From the NCBI GenBank assembly GCA_040385605.1, contig JAZKHC010000026.1, forward strand, positions 5,680 through 69,679: a stretch of DNA of 64,000 bases, given 5' to 3'. The notes beneath the pieces are model-generated. The model was not told the DNA's origin. It did not search any database and saw only the letters and a list, made by a program, of their open reading frames with translations. Shown here piece by piece: positions 47,818-54,777 of the stretch (position 1 is its first letter; each line of letters begins with the position of its first letter). The DNA is from Pseudomonadota bacterium (lineage in GTDB: Bacteria; Pseudomonadota; Gammaproteobacteria; Nevskiales; Nevskiaceae). A program made the position numbers and the translations under genes.

Positions 47818-49752
47818 ATGGCTACCCAGCAGCAATACGACGTCAACGCCATCGAAGTGCTCGACGGCCTCGACCCGGTGCGCGTGCGCCCCGGCATGTA
47901 CACCGACACCACGCGCCCCAACCACCTGGCGCAGGAGGTCATCGACAACGCCGTGGATGAAGCGATGGCAGGCCATGCCCGGCACATCCGCACGGTGATT
48001 TTTGCCGATGGCAGCTGCGAAGTGTCAGATGACGGGCGCGGCATCCCCACCGATATCCATCCTGTGCACAAGATCAGCGGTGTCGAGCTGGTGCTGACCA
48101 AGCTGCATGCGGGCGGCAAGTTCAGCAACAAGAACTACCAGTTCTCCGGCGGCCTGCATGGCGTCGGCGTGAGCGTGGTCAATGCGCTCTCGACCCGGCT
48201 CGACGTGTTCGTGAAGCGCGGCGGTATCGAACACACCATGCACTTCGAGAGCGGCCACACGAAGTCATCCCTGCGCGAGATCGGAACAGCGGGCAAGAAG
48301 GAAACCGGCACCCGCGTGCGCTTCTGGCCCGATGCCAAGTATTTCGACTCGGCCAAATTTTCGCTGCCACGCCTCAAGCAAATCCTGCGGGCCAAGGCGG
48401 TGCTCTGCCCCGGCCTGAAGATGTCGCTCAAGGACGAGGCCAGCGGCGAAGTCACCGAGTGGCATTACGAAAACGGCCTGATGGATTACCTGCTCGATGC
48501 CGTCAAGGGCCACGAGCTGATCCCCGCCGAGCCTTTCACCGGCAAGTTCAAGGCCGACCGCGAAGAGGCGGAGTGGGCGCTGGCCTGGGTCAATGCCGAT
48601 GGCACGCCAGAGCTGTTGCAAGAGAGCTACGTCAATCTCATCCCCACCGCCCAGGGCGGCACGCACGTCAACGGGCTGCGCACCGGTTTGACCGAGGCGA
48701 TCCGCGAGTTCTGCGAGTTCCGTAACCTCTTGCCGCGCGGCTTGAAGCTGGCGCCGGAAGATGTCTGGCAGGGCCTCGCCTACGTCATCAGCATCAAGAT
48801 GCAGGACGCGCAGTTCGCCGGCCAGACCAAGGAGCGCCTGTCTTCACGCGAGACGGCGGCTTTCGTCAGCGGCGTGGTGCATGACAGCTTCGGCCTTTGG
48901 CTCAACCAGCACCCGGACGAGGGCGAAAAGGTCGCACAGCTGGTGATTGCGAATGCCTCGGCCCGCATGAAGGCCAGCAAGCAGGTCGTGCGCAAGAAGA
49001 TCACCACCGGCCCCGCACTGCCCGGCAAGCTCGCCGATTGCGTGCTCACCGATCTCAACCGCACCGAGCTGTTTCTGGTGGAAGGCGACTCCGCCGGCGG
49101 CAGCGCCAAACAAGCCCGCGACCGCGACACCCAGGCCATCATGCCCTTGCGCGGCAAGATTCTGAACACTTGGGAGGCGAGCGCGGGCGAGGCGAGCGCC
49201 AGCGAAGAAATCCACAACATCAGCGTCGCCATCGGGGTGGACCCCGGCAGCGCCGACATCAGCGGCCTGCGCTACGGCAAGGTCTGCGTGCTGGCCGATG
49301 CCGACAGCGACGGCCTGCACATCGCAACGCTTCTTTGCGCGCTGTTCCTCAAGCATTTCCGCCCGCTGGTCGCCGCCGGAAATATCTACATCGCCATGCC
49401 GCCGCTGTTCCGTATCGACGCCGGCAAGCAGGTGTTTTATGCCTTGGACGAAGCCGAAAAACAGGGCGTGCTTGATCGTCTGCAAGCCGAGGGCAACAAG
49501 AGCAAGGTCGGCGTCACCCGCTTCAAAGGCTTGGGCGAGATGAACCCGCTGCAATTGCGCGAGACCACCATGAGCGCGGATACCCGCCGCCTGGTGCAGC
49601 TCACGCTCGACGAGTTGCCGGAGGCCGAAGAAGGTGCGCCAGCCGTCAAGACCACCGATGGCCTCATGGACATGCTGCTCAACAAGAAGCGCGCGGGTGA
49701 TCGCAAGACCTGGCTTGAAACCAATGGCGACAAGGCCGAGATCGAGGTCTGA
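47818..49752 (+). CDS. parE: DNA topoisomerase IV subunit B
   Basis: RPGMYTDTTRPNHL, EVIDNAVDE, EGDSAGGSAKQAR, PLRGKILN, RFKGLGEMNP. Confidence 0.95.
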   Translation: MATQQQYDVNAIEVLDGLDPVRVRPGMYTDTTRPNHLAQEVIDNAVDEAMAGHARHIRTVIFADGSCEVSDDGRGIPTDIHPVHKISGVELVLTKLHAGGKFSNKNYQFSGGLHGVGVSVVNALSTRLDVFVKRGGIEHTMHFESGHTKSSLREIGTAGKKETGTRVRFWPDAKYFDSAKFSLPRLKQILRAKAVLCPGLKMSLKDEASGEVTEWHYENGLMDYLLDAVKGHELIPAEPFTGKFKADREEAEWALAWVNADGTPELLQESYVNLIPTAQGGTHVNGLRTGLTEAIREFCEFRNLLPRGLKLAPEDVWQGLAYVISIKMQDAQFAGQTKERLSSRETAAFVSGVVHDSFGLWLNQHPDEGEKVAQLVIANASARMKASKQVVRKKITTGPALPGKLADCVLTDLNRTELFLVEGDSAGGSAKQARDRDTQAIMPLRGKILNTWEASAGEASASEEIHNISVAIGVDPGSADISGLRYGKVCVLADADSDGLHIATLLCALFLKHFRPLVAAGNIYIAMPPLFRIDAGKQVFYALDEAEKQGVLDRLQAEGNKSKVGVTRFKGLGEMNPLQLRETTMSADTRRLVQLTLDELPEAEEGAPAVKTTDGLMDMLLNKKRAGDRKTWLETNGDKAEIEV

Positions 49753-49890
49753 CAAGGCGATAAGCCCGAGTCTCGAAAGCGGGCACCGCGTTAAAAGCAT
49801 GCCTTAAAAGTAAAGATCACTTTTAAAGCTAGTAATGGATTACTTAAAAAGATAGGCTTTACTTTGCAAGGTCCACGGGGGAGGCGGGAT

Positions 49891-51051
49891 ATGCAAGCCA
49901 GTGACTTCCACACGGCCCTCGCCGGGCGCGTTATCAGCACCCCGCAGGGCTATATGGCCTTCGTGCCTGCGCCCTTGCCGCCGAAAATCACCTACACCCC
50001 GGCACTGGCGCGAGCGATTTCCGATGCCGATGCGGCCCTGAGCGAGCTGTCCGGACTAGGCCATCGGCTGCCCAATCCCCATGTGCTGATCGCTCCCTAT
50101 GTCAGACGCGAAGCGGTGCTGTCGTCTCGTATCGAAGGCACGCAGGCCAGTATCAACGATGTGCTGGAAGACGAAGCGGGCCTGAGCCCGCAGACCGCAC
50201 CGGATGATGTGCGCGAGGTGCGCAACTACATCACCGCGCTCGATCACGGCATCGCAGCGATGGAAAAGCTGCCGCTTTCACTGCGGTTGGTGCGCGAGGT
50301 GCACGACAAACTCATGCAGGGCGTGCGCGGTAACACCGCCACACCCGGCGAATTTCGCCGCAGTCAGAACTGCATCGGCCCACCTGGCAGCACGCCGCTC
50401 ACCGCGCCCTACGTGCCACCGCCCGTGCACGAGATGCACACCGCACTCGGTGATTGGGAGAAGTTTCTGCACTGGCGAGGCGAGATGCCTGATCTTGTGC
50501 AGTGCGCGCTGATCCACGAGCACTTCGAGGCCATCCACCCCTTTCTCGACGGCAATGGCCGTGTTGGCCGCTTGCTCATCACCTTGTTCCTGCTCGATCG
50601 GGGGCGGCTGCATCAACCCTTGCTTTACCTCTCGGAGTTCATCGAGCGTCACCGCCGCGAGTATTACGAGGGCCTGCACCGAATCCGCACCGAGGGCGAT
50701 TGGCACGCCTGGCTCATGTATTTCATGGGTGGCGTGCGCTGGAGCGCCGCACGCGCCAGCCGCCACGCGCGGCAGTTGTTGGACTTGCGTGAAGAGCTGC
50801 GCCGCACGCTCGATGCCACCCCCAAGGCCCTGCCGTTGGTGGATGAGCTTTTCGTCAACCCCTACGTCAATCCGCCGCGCCTGCAAAAGCTGCTCGGTGT
50901 GAGCGACCCCACCGCGCGCGTGATGATCGTCAAGCTGGAGAAGCTCGGCGTGCTGCGCGAAGTCACTGGCCGTAGCTGGGGCAAGCTCTGGCTGGCCGAG
51001 GCCGTGATGAAAGCCATCGAAGACCCTGGCGAAGAGCCGCTAGAGGGCTAG
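49891..51051 (+). CDS. Fic-family adenylyltransferase with N-terminal inhibitory motif and C-terminal HTH
   Basis: HPFLDGNGRVGR core motif; SSRIEGT fits the (S/T)xxxE(G/N) inhibitory motif. Confidence 0.92.
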   Translation: MQASDFHTALAGRVISTPQGYMAFVPAPLPPKITYTPALARAISDADAALSELSGLGHRLPNPHVLIAPYVRREAVLSSRIEGTQASINDVLEDEAGLSPQTAPDDVREVRNYITALDHGIAAMEKLPLSLRLVREVHDKLMQGVRGNTATPGEFRRSQNCIGPPGSTPLTAPYVPPPVHEMHTALGDWEKFLHWRGEMPDLVQCALIHEHFEAIHPFLDGNGRVGRLLITLFLLDRGRLHQPLLYLSEFIERHRREYYEGLHRIRTEGDWHAWLMYFMGGVRWSAARASRHARQLLDLREELRRTLDATPKALPLVDELFVNPYVNPPRLQKLLGVSDPTARVMIVKLEKLGVLREVTGRSWGKLWLAEAVMKAIEDPGEEPLEG

Positions 51052-51056
51052 AAGCG

Positions 51057-54000
51057 ATGAGCACCCTCCTCGTCGCAGACTATCAACGCCGCATCGCCGA
51101 GCTGTTGCAATACGGCGGCAGCGCCAACGAAGACAGTATCCGCAAGGCTTTTGCGCGCCTGCTGGATGACGTGGCCCGCCCGCACGACCTGCGCCTGATC
51201 GAAGAGCTGGAAGTAGTGACCAGCAAGGGAACGAAGGTCTACCCAGACGGCACGCTCAAGGACGCCCTGCGCCTCACCCACGGCTATTGGGAGGCCAAGG
51301 ATGAGCACGATGATCTGGATGAAGAGATCGCCAAGAAGCGCGCCAAGGGCTACCCCAGCGACAACATTTTGTATGAGGACAGCCGCGAGGCGGTGCTGAT
51401 CCAGAACGGTCAGCAGGTGCAGCGCGTCAGCCTCGGCGGCGAGCCCAAACTGATCGCGGACCTGCTCAAGACCTTCGTCGAGTTCGAGCGTGCGGAGCTG
51501 GGCGATTTCCGCCGCGCCATCGAGCAGTTCAAGGTGGACATGCCCAAGGTGCTCGAAGCCCTGCGCGCCTTGATCGAAGCACAGCAGGCCGACAACAAGC
51601 CCTTCGCCAAGGCGCTCAAGACCTTCCTCAAGCTCTGCCAGAGCAGCATCAACGAGTCGGTGACGGCCGACGACGTGCGCGAGATGCTGATACAGCACGT
51701 CCTGACGGAGGACATCTTTCTGCGCGTGTTCGGCGACAGCCAGTTTCACCGCGAGAACAACATCGCCCGCGAGCTGACCAAGGTGGCCGAGACCTTCTTT
51801 ACCGGCGGCGTGAAGAAGAACACCTTGCGGGGATTGGAGAGCTACTACGGCGCGATCCGCGAGGCCGCGGCGGGCATTGCCGACCACCACGAAAAGCAGC
51901 AGTTCCTCAAGGCCATCTACGAAAACTTCTACAAGGTCTACAACCCCAAGCTGGCCGATCGCCTCGGCGTGGTCTACACGCCGGGCGAGCTGGTGCGCTT
52001 CATGCTCGATGGTGTCGATGCCCTGCTGCACCGGCACTTCGGCAAGACGCTTGCCAGCAAAAACGTCGAGATTCTCGACCCCGCCGTCGGCACCGGCACC
52101 TTCATCACCGACCTCATCGAGCACTTGAAGGCGCACCCGCAGGCGCTGAAGCACAAGTACAAGAACGAGATTCACTGCAACGAGGTGGCGATCCTTCCGT
52201 ATTACATCGCCAACCTCAACATCGAGTTCACCTACGCCCAGCTCACCAAGAGCTACGAGGAGTTTCCGCACATCTGCTTTGTGGACACGCTCGACAACCT
52301 CGCCTTCGAGCAGACCCACACCGGCCAGCAGCTGGGCCTGCTCGGCAGCATGAGCAGCGAGAACACCGACCGCATCGCGAAGCAGAACAAGAAGAAGATC
52401 AGCGTCGTCATCGGCAACCCGCCCTACAACGCCAATCAGACCAACGAGAACGACAACAACAAGAATCGGCTCTACGAGGGCATCGACGAGCGCATCAAGA
52501 AAACCTGGATTGCGGCCAGCAAAGCGCAGAAGACCAAGATGTACGACATGTATGCGCGCTTCTTCCGCTGGGCGGCCGACCGCGTCAACAGCGACGGCAT
52601 CATTGCCTTCGTCACCAACCGCAGCTTCATCGACAGCCGCACCTTCGATGGCTTCCGGCTCGAAATGGCGAAGGAGTTCGACGAGGCCTGGGTGGTCGAT
52701 TTGGGGGGAGATGTGCGCGCCAACCCCAAGCTCAGCGGCACCACCCACAACGTCTTCGGTATTCAGACCGGGGTCGCCATCAGCTTCTGGGTCAAGCGCC
52801 ATCGAGCCTCCCTCCCCCAGCGGGGGAGGGCCGGGGTGGGGGCCTCTCAGGGTCTTGCACCCTTGGCTGGCCGCGCTCCCCCCTCTGTCCCTCCGGGACA
52901 TCTCCCCCCGCTGGGGGGAGAAGACAAGGCGCGCATCTTTTATGTGCGTCGGCCAGAGCTGGAAACCGCCGCTGACAAGCTCGGCTGGCTCTCGTCCACG
53001 GGCTTCAACGAGGTGGCCTTCGAGCCGGTCACACCCGATGCCAAGGGCAACTGGATCAATCAGGCCGACAACGATTTCGACACGCTGCTGCCGCTAGCAA
53101 GCAAGGAGACCAAGCAGACGGATTCGCCTGCGAAGGAGCGGGCGCTGTTCAAGCTCTATTCGCTGGGGGTTTCGACCAATCGTGACGAGTGGGTGTACGA
53201 CGACAGCGCCGAGGCGCTGGCGAGCAAGATGCAGTGGTTTGTGAGCCGCTACAGGCAGCAAAAAAAGAGCCGCGACTTTGACGGTGCGATCAAATGGTCA
53301 GAAGCACTCAAGATGCGATTCGAGCAAGGTCGTGAGGAGGCGTTTGACTCAGTGCGCGTCCGCAGCAGCCTATATCGTCCTTTCGCGCGGCGTTGGTATT
53401 ACGACTCATCACTTTTCATTGATCGAGTCGGTTCCAAAGAGGAAATATTTCCGTCTCGTGGTCTGGCGCAAAATAACCATGCTTTGATGATCTGCGCCCA
53501 CCCACAGCTGCCTTTCACTGTCCATTCGGTAAACGCTCTGCCAGATGCGGGCTATTCCTCTCGCGCAACTCTGATGTTCCCTCGCTACGTCTACGGCGCA
53601 GAAGGCAACCGCCAAGACAACCTCACCGACTGGGGCGTCAAGCAATTCGAGAAGCACTACGGCAACTCCCTCCCCCAGCGGGGGAGGGCTGGGGAGGGGG
53701 TGCTGTTCGCACCGCCGCCAGTCGATCCAGTCACCCTGGCGCGTGCCCGAGCCCTGCGCGGCAACCTGACCGAGGCCGAGAACAAGCTCTGGCAGGTGCT
53801 GCGCGCTGCGCAGCTCGGGGCCAAGTTCCGTCGGCAGCATCCGCTCAAGCCTTTCATCCTGGACTTCTATTGCCTGGAACACCGGCTCGCCATCGAGCTC
53901 GATGGCGGCCAGCACAACGATGACGCGGTGGCCGAACTCGATGCAGCGCGCACGGCATGGCTTGAGGCACAGGGCATCCGGGTGCTGCGGTTCTGGAACG

Positions 54001-54746
54001 ACGAGGTGCTGCGCAATGTCGAGGGGGTGGCGCAGCGGGTTGTCGAGGTCATCGCGGAGCTGGTGGCGGCTCCCCCACCCCGGCCCTCCCCCGCTGGGGG
54101 AGGGAGCACGGCGCGGTTCGTTGCTGGGGGAGGGGGCACAGCGGAGCGGCTGATTACGCGCGAGCGCATCTTTGCCTACGTCTACGCCGTACTGCACCAC
54201 CCGGCCTATCGCGCCAAGTACGCGCTCAACCTCAAACGCGAGCTGCCGCGCATCCCGCTCTACGGCGAGGCGGCCGACTTCAAAAAATGGGCAGCGTGGG
54301 GCGAGCAACTGCTGACGCTGCACACCGGCTTCGAGCAGGCTGCACCGTTTGCGCTGATGCGCAGTGAGGCACCCTCTCCCCCAGCCCCTCTCCCGCAGGC
54401 GGGCGAGGGGAGCCAAAGCGCGCCCAAGTGCAAGCTCAAGGCCGACAAGGCCGCAGGCTGCATCGAAGTCGATGCCGCCACCACGCTCAGCGGCATCCCC
54501 GCCACCGCATGGGATTACAAGCTCGGCAACCGCAGCGCGCTGGAGTGGGTACTGGATCAATACAAGGAAGGCACGCCCCGCGACCCGACCATCGCCGCGC
54601 ACTTCAACACCTACCGCTTCGCCGACTACAAGGAGCACGTCATCGATCTCTTGCAGCGGGTGACGACGGTGAGTGTGGAGACGATGCGCATCGTTGGGCA
54701 GATGCCCTCGGCCGACGCGACGGAAACTCTCGCCGCCGCCCGATGA
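51057..54746 (+). CDS. Single-chain restriction-modification enzyme (PD-ExK nuclease + N6-adenine MTase + Type ISP-like C-terminal specificity domain) with in-frame repeat and DUF559 insertions
   Basis: YPDGTL...WEAK, YTPGELV, ILDPAVGTGTF, IGNPPYN, GVSTNRDEWVY, YVYAVLHHPAYRAKYALNLKRELPRIP, LGNRSALEWVLDQY. Confidence 0.88.
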   Translation: MSTLLVADYQRRIAELLQYGGSANEDSIRKAFARLLDDVARPHDLRLIEELEVVTSKGTKVYPDGTLKDALRLTHGYWEAKDEHDDLDEEIAKKRAKGYPSDNILYEDSREAVLIQNGQQVQRVSLGGEPKLIADLLKTFVEFERAELGDFRRAIEQFKVDMPKVLEALRALIEAQQADNKPFAKALKTFLKLCQSSINESVTADDVREMLIQHVLTEDIFLRVFGDSQFHRENNIARELTKVAETFFTGGVKKNTLRGLESYYGAIREAAAGIADHHEKQQFLKAIYENFYKVYNPKLADRLGVVYTPGELVRFMLDGVDALLHRHFGKTLASKNVEILDPAVGTGTFITDLIEHLKAHPQALKHKYKNEIHCNEVAILPYYIANLNIEFTYAQLTKSYEEFPHICFVDTLDNLAFEQTHTGQQLGLLGSMSSENTDRIAKQNKKKISVVIGNPPYNANQTNENDNNKNRLYEGIDERIKKTWIAASKAQKTKMYDMYARFFRWAADRVNSDGIIAFVTNRSFIDSRTFDGFRLEMAKEFDEAWVVDLGGDVRANPKLSGTTHNVFGIQTGVAISFWVKRHRASLPQRGRAGVGASQGLAPLAGRAPPSVPPGHLPPLGGEDKARIFYVRRPELETAADKLGWLSSTGFNEVAFEPVTPDAKGNWINQADNDFDTLLPLASKETKQTDSPAKERALFKLYSLGVSTNRDEWVYDDSAEALASKMQWFVSRYRQQKKSRDFDGAIKWSEALKMRFEQGREEAFDSVRVRSSLYRPFARRWYYDSSLFIDRVGSKEEIFPSRGLAQNNHALMICAHPQLPFTVHSVNALPDAGYSSRATLMFPRYVYGAEGNRQDNLTDWGVKQFEKHYGNSLPQRGRAGEGVLFAPPPVDPVTLARARALRGNLTEAENKLWQVLRAAQLGAKFRRQHPLKPFILDFYCLEHRLAIELDGGQHNDDAVAELDAARTAWLEAQGIRVLRFWNDEVLRNVEGVAQRVVEVIAELVAAPPPRPSPAGGGSTARFVAGGGGTAERLITRERIFAYVYAVLHHPAYRAKYALNLKRELPRIPLYGEAADFKKWAAWGEQLLTLHTGFEQAAPFALMRSEAPSPPAPLPQAGEGSQSAPKCKLKADKAAGCIEVDAATTLSGIPATAWDYKLGNRSALEWVLDQYKEGTPRDPTIAAHFNTYRFADYKEHVIDLLQRVTTVSVETMRIVGQMPSADATETLAAAR
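52808..52923. repeat. Non-autonomous palindromic repeat doublet inserted in frame in the RM gene
   Basis: Left arm CTCCCTCCCCCAGCGGGGGAGGGCCGGGGTGGGGG; right end TCTCCCCCC-GCT-GGGGGGAGA hairpin. Confidence 0.8.
53666..54106 (+). mobile_element. Putative 441-bp element: DUF559/Vsr-like nuclease domain between 35-bp inverted repeats, in frame in the RM gene
   Basis: Inverted arms 53666-53700 and 54072-54106 match 33/35; enclosed ARALRGNLTEAENKLWQ...FRRQHP...LDFYC...IELDGGQH...VLRFWNDEV. Confidence 0.78.
54372..54412. repeat. Related solo palindromic repeat, in frame in the RM gene
   Basis: CCCTCTCCCCCAGCCCCTCTCCCGCAGGCGGGCGAGGGGAG, same architecture as the 54072-54106 arm; encodes PSPPAPLPQAGEG. 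Confidence 0.72.
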
Positions 54747-54777
54747 TCTGAAGCAGCCCCACCAAGCCACCCACGCC

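Noticed and set aside
49728-49760. GACAAGGC direct repeat at the parE stop as an att site or target duplication
   Set aside because: Only 8 bp, both copies at the same end of the accessory block, no matching copy found near parC and no integrase.
51048-52901. 617-aa antisense ORF over the RM gene (also 53409-54914)
   Set aside because: Stop-free antisense frames are expected from high GC3 codon bias; no recognisable domain.
53666-54106. DUF559 insertion as an intein with a homing endonuclease
   Set aside because: No Cys/Ser-start splicing block, no His-Asn end followed by Cys/Ser/Thr, too short for a Hint domain; the boundaries are DNA inverted repeats instead.
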